Part shown: positions 13,257 to 26,674 of the stretch, one piece after another
Position numbering within the stretch: the stretch's first letter is position 1
How the letters are laid out: every line of letters starts with the position of its first letter
DNA from: Octopus vulgaris
Taxonomy: Eukaryota
Assembly: GCA_951406725.2 (NCBI GenBank)
Contig: OX597821.1
Coordinates: 62,682,001-62,746,000, forward strand
DNA: 64,000 nt
Direction of reading: 5' to 3'
Notes under the pieces: generated by a model
Seen by the model: the letters and a program-made list of their open reading frames with translations, nothing else
Database searches by the model: none
What the model was told of the DNA's origin: nothing
Program-made: the position numbers and the translations under genes

Positions 13257-15005
13257 TGAACTATACTAGGTTTCATATTATAAGCACAAATAAATACACA
13301 TATTCAGGCAATGTTGCGCACAATCATACACGCGGCCTTTGTGCGTGGGTTTGTGTGTGTGTGTACGCAAGCGTGTGAGTTTGTGTGTGGGCGCGCTCGC
13401 GTGTGTGCCTGTACCAGAGTGTTTGTGTGTGTGTGTATGCGTTATAAATATATATGCATGCGACATGCTAGTTCACAGTTCGCGATTCTTTCTAGAAAAT
13501 GATTAATTCTAGTAACTAATATAATACCAGATATTGAAATAGAGTAAATTTAATTACGATATCTAATCATTAAATAAATAATTATGCGAAACAAGGCATA
13601 TTCTGTTATTCTTATTTTAGTACACTATTCATCTGTCACCTGAATTAAACTTTCGGGTTATTAGGAGCAAAACTCTAGTTAATTCAATCTTCCACTAATC
13701 ATTATTGGAGCTGCATATGAGAGGTTATAATTAAATATAAGTCAATGTATGTATGATTAAGTAACTAAATCGAACAAATAACTTGTTTTGTCTCTTCTAA
13801 GTAACTTGATGTTAGCTATACTTACTTATTTTAAGAAATAACTTCCATCGAAAACATACACTTCACACCCATCCATTTTTGTATTTCTGATAAAGTAGAT
13901 CTATAATTCATGATACTGCTATTGTTACCATCTATTCCCTTTTCAAGAATAATTTCTCCAAATAAAGTGGTCAAGTAACGAAGTCAGTAGGTCTGATAGA
14001 TTGCTTAACGGGAATCATGGTGACTCTGTAGTGATACCTGTCTTCAAATGACACTGGAGTAAAATTTGATTTCAGTATTACAGGGTGATTCTTCTCTTTC
14101 TCTCTCTTTCAATATCTGTCTCATTTTCTGAAAGATGAGAGTTCTCATTAAACTTCAGCTGGCGTGGGCTCCATCAGGTCCAAATGTTTTCCTAAGTCTT
14201 ATGTCACAACGGTGTCCCTAGAACTTCATCAATGTGTTGAATGTCAAGAGCAAGGCAAGTCATTCTCTTTGTATATTATCAAATACGCATGCTTGATAAG
14301 ACAATAGCGTTTCGTTTAGGATATAATTGCGTATTATTCATAACCGGTCGAATGACAAAGACGATCCCTCATTAGCACGATTTAACAGTTCTCTCATTAG
14401 TTAAGAATGCAATATATTTAAGTACCTCTCAACCAGTCACAACAATTCCGTGAAAATTGTATTTGTTTCTTATTTCTAGGCATATCAGTTTGATTTCCTT
14501 TCTTGGTATAATTAGATGCTCTTAGCAAGCTTTGTATACAAGGAGTTCCTTTAATCACCCTTAATCCTCAGTCCTCTAAGAATATTTAACGAAACCTACA
14601 TGCTAACTTCGGAAGCATTAACCACTGTAACATCACAAACAAATGACTTTTGATATCACTAATTAGTGGTTGGAATTCAAGAACGCTTACTCATTATTGG
14701 TAATTAATTGATTTAATTACCTATTACGATGTCTTGTATTTCTCCACTCACAGAGAACACGATTATATTTACAGCATACAATATTCTCTGGTTATTTTCC
14801 GTAAATATGTTGTTAATGTTGTAACTACTGTGTCAGGCTTTCATATCGATTATCAAGATAGGAATCTTGTAAAGCTAGCTTCAAATGTTAGCGTCTCTTC
14901 GTATCTTATATGCATGAATATTATTCTCATTATTTAATGTGTTAATGTAAGACTTTGTCAAATTCCGTAGATACATATATATATACACATACACATATAT
15001 AGAAT

Positions 15006-15048
<43 letters not shown>

Positions 15049-15075
15049 ACACACACATATATAAGTATGTATGTG

Positions 15076-15123
<48 letters not shown>

Positions 15124-15309
15124 TATAAGAGAATACGTAATTTTTCTTCTACCCTTATCAATCATATAACCTCATATATGTGTGTGTGTGTGCGTGTGTG
15201 CGTATGTGTGTTTGTGTGTGTGTTTGTGTGTGTCTGTGTATGTGTGTGTATTTGTGCATGTGTATGTATATATGCATATATATGTATATATGTATATATA
15301 TATATATAT

Positions 15310-15360
<51 letters not shown>

Positions 15361-15620
15361 TTATAGAGAGAGCAGTAAGAAAGTGGAGGGGATCAATAGA
15401 TGGTTCATCAACATTTAGACATATTATGTCAGTTTATTTATTTATTTACTGAAAAATATCTCTTTTCCCTCATCCATTTAGTACACTCGGTGATGTAATT
15501 GCAATGCAATAAAAGAAACATTGGTGTATTAATAATTGGGTATTCTACCAGCAGTATATTGGATATATATTATGCCTTAGTTGGTTGGATTCACAACCTC
15601 TAGCTTTCTTGGAATATATT

Positions 15621-15659
<39 letters not shown>

Positions 15660-16744
15660 ATTTACATATATATTTACATATGTACTTTCTATCTTTAAAA
15701 ACAAGAAGTTACAGCATTTTTACTTGTGTGATTTGTTGCTACCCTGATAACTATTTATCTATGTTTCCGTGTTAATTGTTAACAAGGGAAAAGTACACAC
15801 ATCTATTTATATATACATATATAATTATATATATGTATATATATATATATGGGATATTGTGCATATGCTATTAAATATTGAGACGCATATTGCAATATAA
15901 TTATATTTAATGAATAGGAAATAAAACATACCTGCAAGTATCGTTGGGAACATCACGAAATGAAGAACAATAGCGTTACTCAAGAAGCTCATGACAATGT
16001 AAATGCGTTTCAATTATTAGCATTTGTTGAGAATATATCTTCGGCTTGCAATTCATGGACATATATTGTATGTTTTTTACAAATAATATATCTTATCTTT
16101 ATTGAGTTACAAAAATAGAATTCACTACTTGCGCATCTATTTGTAGACGCCACTTCATGAAATCTTAATTTTAATAAATCAAATTTTTTTTATCTAAATC
16201 AATGTTTTTATGCAAATTTACCGAATATCAGATTGAAAAGTTCTAATAAATAGTGAACCATAACATAAATAACCGGTGTATTTGACTCAAAGTTGGTTTC
16301 CATTCATGTATTTTATATTAACCTAATATCAGTTATCTCAAATTAGTTAATTAGCTTTTCAGTATTTCAAATTATTCCATCAAGTAATTATTCAGCATTA
16401 ATTAAATGATTTATTCTTTGATAAAACAAGACTGTGTTTTGTTATACTATTTCATGTAATGAATTCTATAACAATACCTAGCAAATGTTTTGTATCTCTG
16501 GGAGAAATATGCGCAAGGTTTTGCAAGATCAAGTTCGATATTTTGTAAGGTCAGTGTTTATATGAAATCGATGTAGAAATGTTATGAAACAATAAAAGAA
16601 GTTCTACAATATTAATTTACTTTAACTTCTTCTTTGTTACATTATTTGTGTATTATAGAAATGCGCATATAAAGCTCAATATCCATGTGTCTTAAATTTC
16701 ATAATCATGTTTTTTTTATTTATAAATATGATAGTCATGATTAC

Positions 16745-16925
16745 AGGTGGTCAGTTAATAGAACCTTTAGTACGCGGGACAAAATGCTTAGCATCACTTC
16801 ATTTGTCTTTACGGCCTGTGTTTAAATTCTGCCGAGGTAAACTTTGCCATTTATCCTTCTGTAGTTAGTGGGATCGATGTAATTGTTTTCCCTATCCCTA
16901 AAATTTTCTATAGCAAAATAAAGAA
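16745..16925 (+). mobile_element. SINE family A, degenerate
   Basis: AAATGCTTAGC..TCTTTACG..TTTAAATTCTGCCGAGGTAAACTTTGCC, homologous to the other family A copies with an internal deletion. Confidence 0.6.
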
Positions 16926-17313
16926 TATGATAATCATGGTTTGAACCTAATAGATATTTTTTAAATGCTGCTGTAAACCCAAATGATGCTCGTTGCTGTA
17001 CGTTTAAAATTTAGTGCCCATACGAAACTGTTTTATATTTATTTTACAAAAATCAAAATTTCTTCGTTAGATTATTTCGTTTTGGTCAAATGTCTGGTTT
17101 TCTCTTGTCACCTATTGTAACAGAGACAGAAATAACTTCCTTCTAATTATAATAGATTGTGAATGCAATTAATCAGGACTTTCATGTATAATAATATTAT
17201 TATACTTGATACTTATTTTAATGAAGTAAACCATATATATGTCATCACCTTAATAACAGAGATAGTGAAGCCAAGAGGAATATTTCTTTCAATAATTAAC
17301 TTCCTACTTAAGC

Positions 17314-17527
17314 CAGGGAGCTGAGAGAATCATTGCGCGCCAGGGAACATGCATAACGACATTTCATTCGCTTCGTAAATTTTGATTTGAAATTCCACCG
17401 AGATCGACTTTATCTTCCATCTTTTTTGAGATCGATAAAATGAATACCAGTGGAGCACTAGGATCGATGTTATCGACTTACCACCTTCCACGAGATAGCT
17501 GGCATTGAGCCAAAATTTGAACCCAAT
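17314..17527 (+). mobile_element. SINE family A, degenerate
   Basis: AAATTCCACCGAGATCGACTTTATCTTCCATC..GATCGATAAAATGAATACCAGTGGAGCACTAGGATCGATG. Confidence 0.75.
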
Positions 17528-19031
17528 TAATACCTCCCGATTTTTTTCTTATATGTAGGTCTGCGTGTAATACGTATGTGCCTAAATATATTTTGTCTGT
17601 GTGTTTGCGTGCGCGTGTGTGTATGTGCGTGTGCGCATGTGTGTGTGTGAGTTGTAAAGCATCATTGCGATATACAGAAAAAATCTTGGTATTCTACCAA
17701 TATGTTGTTCTTAGATTTACATTCATAACATACACCTTATAATACCAATTGCTTTCTTTATAAGGTAAATTAAATTTTCAATAATCCAACTCAAAATTTG
17801 CATCCAGAGTACGGGGACTGTATTGTCCAAAATGTTATTTAAAAAGGTATCATAAATTGTATCTCATATTGTAAAACATAATGTTCTGCAGTTTGTTAAG
17901 CATACTGAAGAGTGAGTTGAAATTGCTCATTTCAATTTCTTTATTTGGAATATAACGAAATGCTCATTAGTGCCGATGTACATAGACTAGTATGCTATTA
18001 AAAAGAAATAGACGATCAATAAAACAATTGATGGCTTTCAATTTCATTTAATGTATTATGTGTAAGTTACATTTAAATGAATATTTGGATTTTTGTAAAT
18101 AAAACGTACTATAATTATAAAGTCTTCATCATACGGAATTGATTTTAGTCCAGTTTAATTAACAAAGAATTTTCAATCTTATTTTAAAAAGAAAAAGGAA
18201 TTTTGTTTCCTTAGACTTCCATTAATTAGAAAAGCATCAGGAAGGCTAAAAAGAAATAAACAGAGTACTTGCAAACCAATTTGAACTCATTAACTTTTAT
18301 AATATCCGAAACTTTAGAGGCAAATCCATCACTAATTATAGCAAACAATTAATAAAATTTCTTAATTAATTTAGTAGTTGTATTTCTAATTTCTTTTTCG
18401 CAGCATGATAAAAACATTTGAAACAAAAGGGATGGTGATGATGCTAATCTCTCTGTGTGCAGCATGATCAAAGTGTCGTGTCATTTGAATCAATTAATGT
18501 CACAATTTGAGATATTCCAGTAAACAGTGTCACGACACATACATCTACAGCTGGCGCACCTGTAGTCGCTGCTGCTGTTCTTTAAACTTGTTGAGAGGAC
18601 TTGAGGTGCGCCTTACTTAAAATCTTTTACCAGAGTGATCAAATGTAACTGAAATTCGTGTAATATCTTCTCACACCATTCGTGATATTTGTTTGAGTTT
18701 TACGTGTGATTTAATATAATTCAAACCATTTAATATCAGATAATTTCAGGAAATGTATTAAGTATCCTTTCTGTTTGAAAAAAAGTCATACATTTATGCT
18801 TAGCATAAATGGTTATGTTTTTCAGCGAAACATATTTTAGCAATTTCCTTTAAACAAATGCTCTTTGTTCAAAACTGAGATTCGAATCAGTGAATACGAA
18901 CCAAATCATATAAACTATAATTTCATTTCCCAATATAACAATGGAAGAATTTTATGGTCTGACAGTTATCATAAAGAAAAGGATAAAACAAAATATCTGC
19001 ATCTTGTATTCATAAAGCACAATACAAAACA

Positions 19032-19094
<63 letters not shown>

Positions 19095-19175
19095 GCTGCT
19101 GCTGCTACTGCTGCTGCTGCTGCACTACTACTACTACTACTACTACTACTAATAATAATAATAATGATAATAATA

Positions 19176-19206
<31 letters not shown>

Positions 19207-19255
19207 TACCAACAACAACAATAATAACAATAATAAAAATAATAATAATAATAAC

Positions 19256-19307
<52 letters not shown>

Positions 19308-19313
19308 GTAATA

Positions 19314-19371
<58 letters not shown>

Positions 19372-19885
19372 TCTGCAGAATTGAGACCTTTAGGCGTTTA
19401 CTTCTTTCACTTTATGTTTTGAGTAACAATCACGTGACCGTAATATTTTCTTTTCTTAGTTCGGTACCAGCTTAGTGTACTCAACTATTTTCTCCAATCG
19501 CAATGTGTGAACGGCTTCGTAACGTAGAAGCAATTTTTTAAATTTAATACCAAAAACGCACTTCGAATAATTTCATTTTATTATAAGAAGAAACAATATA
19601 TTATGGATGCCACATCAGATTTAGTGAATCACTTCACAAAGATGATGTATTTCGTTTGCAAGGGAAAAAATCTCAATAAATCATACGCTCTAGGGAATAA
19701 TATATAGGATACATGTAATGCTATTTTCCATGTAGCCAAACCTGAAATTGAGCATTTGGGAAAAGACATATAATCAGTCTTATAACACAGTGTTGATTCG
19801 GATGATGATGGTAATAACAATAACAATAATAATAATGATAATGATAGTAGCAGTAATAATACTAATAATAAAGATGATGAGGATG

Positions 19886-19994
<109 letters not shown>

Positions 19995-20026
19995 TAATAA
20001 TAATAATAACAATAATAATAATAATG

Positions 20027-20086
<60 letters not shown>

Positions 20087-20089
<3 letters not shown>

Positions 20090-20488
20090 GTTGTCAGAGA
20101 TCATGAAGAAAAAAATCCTTTCTAATTGATGTATCAATACCGGCAGATGACAACGTATCTCTAAAAGAAATGGAGAAACTCTCAAAATACAAAGACCTGG
20201 AAATAGAGGTAACCAGAATGGGGAATCTAAAAACAGAAACAATTCCTATCATAGTAGGTGCATTAGGCATGATAAAAAAATATTCAGACAAATACATAAC
20301 AAAAACACCAGGACTTACAAACACATATAACATACAGAAAATTGCACTACTAGGCACCGCACACATCCTACGCAGAACACTTTCCATACAATAACCATCA
20401 GAGCATCACAACAAATCACAGCACATACCCAAGGCACACAGAGCTGCGCTCGGTAGTGAAGTGAAAGCACGCTATAAAAATAAAACTA

Positions 20489-20491
<3 letters not shown>
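20087..20491 (+). mobile_element. 5'-truncated R4/Dong-like non-LTR retrotransposon (REL endonuclease C-terminus and 3'UTR) inside (TAA)n
   Basis: IVVRDHEEK/LIDVSIPADDNVSLKEMEKLSKYKDLEIEVTRM..TIPIIVGALG..IQKIALLGTAHILRRTL* has the REL D-x-x-P and K..KY motifs, with one frameshift in an A-run. Flanked on both sides by (TAA)n. Confidence 0.85.
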
Positions 20492-20566
<75 letters not shown>

Positions 20567-20587
20567 AAGAAGGAGGATGATAATAAA

Positions 20588-20764
20588 ATGCTTGAGAAGT
20601 ACATGAAACAAATAGAGGCTGCAGTAAGGGGGAGCACATGCAGTAAACAGCACAACTTGCACCGAGACGAATACACCGGTTCGTGCTCGAAAAATAAGGT
20701 CTGTTCACCGGTAGCCAAAAGCTGACACTGTAGTACATTTCCAGCGTTAGAAGCTGTGCAAAGA
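20588..20764 (+). mobile_element. Second, more degraded R4/Dong-like 3' fragment
   Basis: LEKYMKQIEAAVRGEHMQ*TAQLAPRRIHRFVLEK* resembles the '..QK.ALLGTARILR.VL' terminus. Its 3'UTR differs from the first copy, and it also lies within (TAA)n. Confidence 0.6.
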
Positions 20765-20796
20765 CAATAACTAATAATAATGATAATAATAATAAC

Positions 20797-20850
<54 letters not shown>

Positions 20851-20851
20851 T

Positions 20852-20882
<31 letters not shown>

Positions 20883-20904
20883 TAATAATAACAATAATAA
20901 TAAC

Positions 20905-21083
<179 letters not shown>

Positions 21084-21579
21084 TGGAGAGTGATATATGT
21101 TTCTGTTGTATATTTATCTGTTTGTTGCCTGTAAGTGTGTACAGTGTGAAATAAATAAAAGGAAGTCACTTAGAAAAGCTAATAGACAAAATCCTTAATA
21201 GAGACTCTGGTATTTAAGAAAAAGAAAAGCAAAACATCTTGCCAGCCATCATCCGACAATTTTTGTATATCACGTCTACAACTTAACAGGTATCTTAATT
21301 GTTTCACAAAGAATGGCTTATAGCCGTAACATGAAATACTTTTATTGCGGCGAAAGTAAAATCTGACATTTGTAAGTCATCACATCGCCAACTAGAAAAG
21401 AATTATTGATCGATTACAGGAAATTTTAGGATGTTAATTTACAAATCAAACACAATATATCGTTTGTAAATACGCATCGGGATGTGCATCTGTGTGTTCT
21501 GAAACCTAAACTTTATCATATCTTGTAATTGTATGAAATTTTGAAAAAGCTGAGCTCTATAGATTCACCTGTTTATAAT

Positions 21580-21639
<60 letters not shown>

Positions 21640-21694
21640 CGTGTGTATGTCTATGTGTTTGAATATTTAAGTCTCAATATATATGATTAAATAT

Positions 21695-21810
21695 GTAGCG
21701 TATGTTCGAAACGTAAAAGACTTTTTCTATTCCTGAGCGATATACTAATGCATATGTTTGTTTTGTACAGCACTTGCCTTCGTCTTTTGTTATTTTCGTG
21801 AACTCTCCCT
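21695..21810 (+). mobile_element. Probable Penelope-like pseudo-LTR remnant
   Basis: Contains CGAAACGTAAAAGAC (3' half of a minimal hammerhead) followed by a T-rich tail ending at (TA)n. The 5' CTGANGA box is not retained. Confidence 0.4.
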
Positions 21811-21821
21811 ATATATATATA

Positions 21822-22205
21822 CTAGCAGTATCGCCCGGCGTTGCTCAGGTTTGTAAGGGAAATAACTATAAAGCATTTTTAGAGAGTTATAGCCAAAAAA
21901 TAGCAAAAAAATGGAAAAAAAATGATGGTAAATTTTTTTTGAGGGATAAAAAAGGTGGAGTTGCGTCCCCTAGACGGTCTGTGGTTTGGGTTTCAGATTC
22001 TCGACCCCATGTCGAATTTATCGATCTTTTTCAGAACTGGGGGAACTTTTCAAAATTTTCGCTGCGTTAGTTTTGAATTATGACATTGGGCTATGTGTGT
22101 GTCAAGTTTCATCAGAATCGGTTGAAAGCCGTGGTCAGGGTGAGGGTACAAGCAAACAGACACACAGAAACACGCACAGACAAACTGCCGTTTATATATA
22201 GAGAG

Positions 22206-22206
<1 letters not shown>
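21822..22206 (-). mobile_element. Complete non-autonomous Helitron
   Basis: Minus strand begins A|TCTCTCTATATATAAACGGCAGTTTGTCTGTG with CTGT-like repeats. It ends with a subterminal GC-rich hairpin plus CTAG|T, giving the canonical 5'TC, 3'CTRR and A/T insertion site. Confidence 0.85.
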
Positions 22207-22258
<52 letters not shown>

Positions 22259-22310
22259 TGTGTGTGTGTGTTTGTGTGTGTATATATATACATATATTTA
22301 TATATATATG

Positions 22311-22360
<50 letters not shown>

Positions 22361-22362
22361 TG

Positions 22363-22739
22363 TGGAGGCGCAATTGGCCAGTAGTTAGGGAGTTAGACTT
22401 GCGTTTGTATGATCGCGATTTCGATTCCAAGACCGGGCGTTGTGAGTGTTTATTGAGCGCAAGTGCCTAATGCTCCGTGAAGCTCCGGCAGGGGACGTGG
22501 CGAATACTGCTGTACTCTTTCCCCATAACTTTCTCTCACTCTTTCTTCCCATTTCTGTTGAAAGTGTATTCCAAAAAGCCAGCCTTGTCACACTCTGTGT
22601 CACGCTGAAAAATCCCCGAGAACTACGTTACGGGTACACGTGTCTGTGGAGTACTCAGCCACTTGCAAGTTAATTTCACGTGCTGTTCCATTGATCGGAT
22701 CAACTGGAACCCCCGTTGTCGTAACCGACGGAGTGCCGC

Positions 22740-22743
<4 letters not shown>
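22363..22743 (+). mobile_element. tRNA-derived SINE, family C, near full length
   Basis: TGGCCAGTAGTTAGG A-box-like and GATTTCGATTCC B-box-like head, GC-rich body, ends in (CA)n. Confidence 0.75.
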
Positions 22744-22811
<68 letters not shown>

Positions 22812-22814
22812 GTT

Positions 22815-24287
22815 AAAACAAAATGTTAAATTCTTGTCATAGTTTCCAAAGAATTCGTATCCACGAAAGCCACACATCAGACTATATACAAGAAAGTTAA
22901 ACTTACCACCATGCGGACGTAGGGAGACGCTCAACACTTGAGATTTAACGGCTAAATTATAAAAACGAAAATGAGGACGGGTTATCTCCCCTGGACCAGA
23001 GGATAAAAAACGTAGAAATCCAATTTTCAAGTTGGTAGCGCTTGAAATGGATACATTCAAAGAAAAATTCTTTACGACTACTTAACGCGACAGTATTTGC
23101 ATAGTCCTTAAGAATTTTGGTTCTGTCTGGATGTAGATTTTGCAGCGGCCACTACAATTAATATATGGGTCTGGATTATATTTCACCTGATATCACATGT
23201 GGTCCCTTGCTTTTCGAAGTGCCACACCTGGCTGGCCAGGGACGTGACAAAACGTCTTTCTGCGACTCTGAACGATGACTGGTTGTTGCGGAGACAGAAG
23301 CGAAGTTTGAAAGATGTACTGGCTGATCCAATATATTCAGAAACTTGGGATGTGGCTATATTCGTACTCCTTGTATATATCTGGTAGACGCCGGGCCTGG
23401 GGATTCTGTTTGTAACACCGCTGCTGAGGTTGTCGATATGACGCAATGATCCGGTGGTGTTATTACCGTGGTTATTGTTTCTGGTCATATGGTTGGCAAT
23501 GTAGCTGTAAGCGTTAGTGTGGATGGTAATATATGGTGCGGAGCCAGTCACCCCATCGGTGTCGATGATACTTATTAGGTCATCCTCTGTGTTGGTGGTC
23601 TGGGGACGCTGGATACCTCTTCTGTGTCGCTAATTCCGGACTGGTCATCAGGTCTGGCTTTGCTGATTGTACTGGCGTGAGACCTGGTTAATCTGCTATT
23701 ATTGCTGTTGGATAATCCATTGCTGGTAATGCAGATAATAGGTCTAGGTAGCTTCATAGATGACCCGTTCGGCCTCGTATCGGCCTCCTGCTGGACAATT
23801 ATTGTATACCCTGGAATAGCAACCTGTCTCCTCCTTTGTATTGTGGGTGCTTTTTGTGTTACGTGCACAACTAAAGGAGACTCTCAAGTTGTGCTTGTTA
23901 AATAATTGCTTGTATCTGTCTACATTTGATATGTTTATCTATTGATCTAAGGAAAATCCCTCCTACACAAGTCTTGACATGGAGCGAGAAGGGTGAAGCA
24001 AACCAAACAATGTTTCTGCGGTACTTCCTTTTCCGGGTGCCAGAGTCTAGCATGGGAGTGGTGGTCCTTAAACCCACTCGATTCCACTTACTAGTTTTAG
24101 TAGGGGCCAGCGGCGTCGATAGATTCGAGATCCTCTTGCTTACACCAATCATTAGGTTCTAGAAAACTAAAGTGGGTGGCAGGAGTCTGTGCTAATATAT
24201 GACAGCTGTTCGTTTGGCTTGTGATATTGTATTTACAGGGAGTACATAGTTTTTGGGAGAGCAGATAATTTTTGGTAGGAGTTGGAA

Positions 24288-24298
<11 letters not shown>
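22815..24298 (-). mobile_element. Penelope-like element remnant (thumb/linker and GIY-YIG endonuclease), disrupted
   Basis: Minus strand: RKYRRNIVWFASPFSLHVKTCVGGIFLRSIDKH..FNKHNLRVSFSC, then GVYQI..YIGSASTSFKLRF..NNQSSFR..TSLASQVWH. These match PLE motifs 'RNIIWFNPPF..V.TN.G..FL..IDKHF' and GIY-YIG. Stops and frameshifts present; bounded by TA-rich repeats. Confidence 0.85.
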
Positions 24299-24330
<32 letters not shown>

Positions 24331-25045
24331 CAAATGCACATGCATGCTTTCCTAATTAAATGCAGACATACATGTGAATCTGTGCCTAACAGTTTCGCTA
24401 ATTATTCAAATATTTTTAGTTACTTCGAATGTGTCAAACACTTCACCGAAAATTTTCCCGGTGGTTAACACACGAATCTATTAATCAATCAGAGTGTACA
24501 TTACAAATTACTTTTTTTTTTTTTTTCAAATTTAGACATTATCGTCTTTTCAAAACCTATCCGGTTTAAGAAGCACAATGATTCCCGTATATTTATTAGC
24601 CATTAATCTAAGATTGCCATCATTGATCTATCATGTTATCTATGATAGTTTCTGTAATTATTGTTACTTTAATGATTGCTGTTATTGTTAGCGATTGCTC
24701 ATTTATCAAATGCAAATCCTAAACAAATTCGGTAATTATCGATTCTACATTATCGAGATAACGAATTGGAAGGACATTTCCGCCTAAACCAGATAAATCA
24801 ACGCCTTCGTCATCGACATTATTAATTATGGTTAAAGCTAACACTTCCATTGTAGACGATACAGCAACTATTTCCTCCCTTTTGTTAGTTTCTCCTGTAG
24901 ATATATTTCAATATTGAAAGTTTTCTTCACTTGTTTGTTGCATAATTCATAATGTCACCGTTACTACATTGTAATCGCGCCTTCAAAGTGTTTCTCATAA
25001 TTAACATGATAGAAATGCTGATCATCAGTTTAGCTTGATTTCCAT

Positions 25046-25083
<38 letters not shown>

Positions 25084-25225
25084 TTTCTCTATCTACCCAT
25101 CTGTCCATCTAACTATTAACTATTTATCTATAAGTTTACCTGTTTGTATAATTGTAGATATGTTTATGCATACCTATAGGCATGTCCGTATGGATATATA
25201 TATATATATATGTGTGAGTGTGTGT

Positions 25226-25270
<45 letters not shown>

Positions 25271-26217
25271 CATATATGCATATATATATATGTGTGTGTG
25301 TGTGCATGTATATGTACATATTTATATAAATATAACTGAAGGCGTGCGGGTATGGTGGGGGCACATCACATTTATGATACATATAGGATACATATATACT
25401 CCTCTTCACGCTGACAAAACAATCACACACACGAACGCACATAAGCCGTGTTTGGATCGATGGTATGTCCATGTACAAACTAAATTGTGACATAGGATAT
25501 GAACGAAACCAATCAGTGTATCGAAGCATGCTTACGTTGCATAGAGCATTATATTGAAGTTGGCTTCGGACAATATTCCAAGATCTGGGGAAATTACTTT
25601 TGTTATTACCGCTACTAAATGGATTGATACTTAACGACCATAACGTTTGAGAAAACAGTATCACTGATCGATATGTATATCAAAATGATTGAAAATAGAT
25701 TATATAATACAATCTTGGTCAGAAATAATCCAAAATATTTCATACATATCAAATTAATGCAAAAGTTGTGATGAATTGGTAAAAGTACATTTCGATTATT
25801 CTCCCTTACTTGTATAGAAAGAAATCAGATTTGTTCATCTTAACTACATAGAGATAGATCTGCGCCTATACTGACTAAACACATATGGTAAAATTATTCA
25901 GTTGTTTATTGAGAAAAGTGCTGTCAGATATGACGTTCATTTGTGCGCGTATAAGTAGGTGTGCTTGTGTTAAACGGATTTAGAATTTCTTAACGTTAAT
26001 TTGCTGAAAGCTAGCAAAATAGGTGTGTGTGTGTGAGTGTGTTTGTGTGTGTGTGTATATGTATGTATGCATGTATTATGTATGTGTATATACACATATA
26101 TATATCTGTGTTTATATATATATATGCATATATACGTATATATATATATATATATATATATATCTGAATATATTTTTTTATTTACATAGAAATATGTTTA
26201 TACATATACATATATAT

Positions 26218-26327
<110 letters not shown>

Positions 26328-26618
26328 ATTTATCTATATATACAGAGAGAAGGAGAGAGAGGCAGACAGGCAGATAGACAGACAGACAGATACAAACACA
26401 TACAAATGCACTTCAACGTGCTAAATACAATTTACAATAGTACATTATACACTCGCGGGTGTGTTTTTTCGTGTATGTTTTACGTGTTTCAAATTACTGG
26501 CGCTAAGGGAACCGGCCTGAGGACAGCTGAATTGGTGCGGTGATCATCGTATCATTCATGCACAATTTTGAAGTCTTGTATGTGAGTTTCCATATATGTT
26601 TCATTCATTGCTTGCATG

Positions 26619-26674
<56 letters not shown>

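Noticed and set aside
22363-22440. tRNA gene candidates at SINE heads (also 4476, 57058, 61011)
   Set aside because: A/B-box-like motifs continue directly into SINE bodies and do not form a complete cloverleaf.
25536-25584. Minus-strand 49-nt exon-like segment (ccccag ... AAC|GTAAGC)
   Set aside because: Splice words are plausible, but the segment is short, has no recognisable peptide and cannot be linked to other exons.
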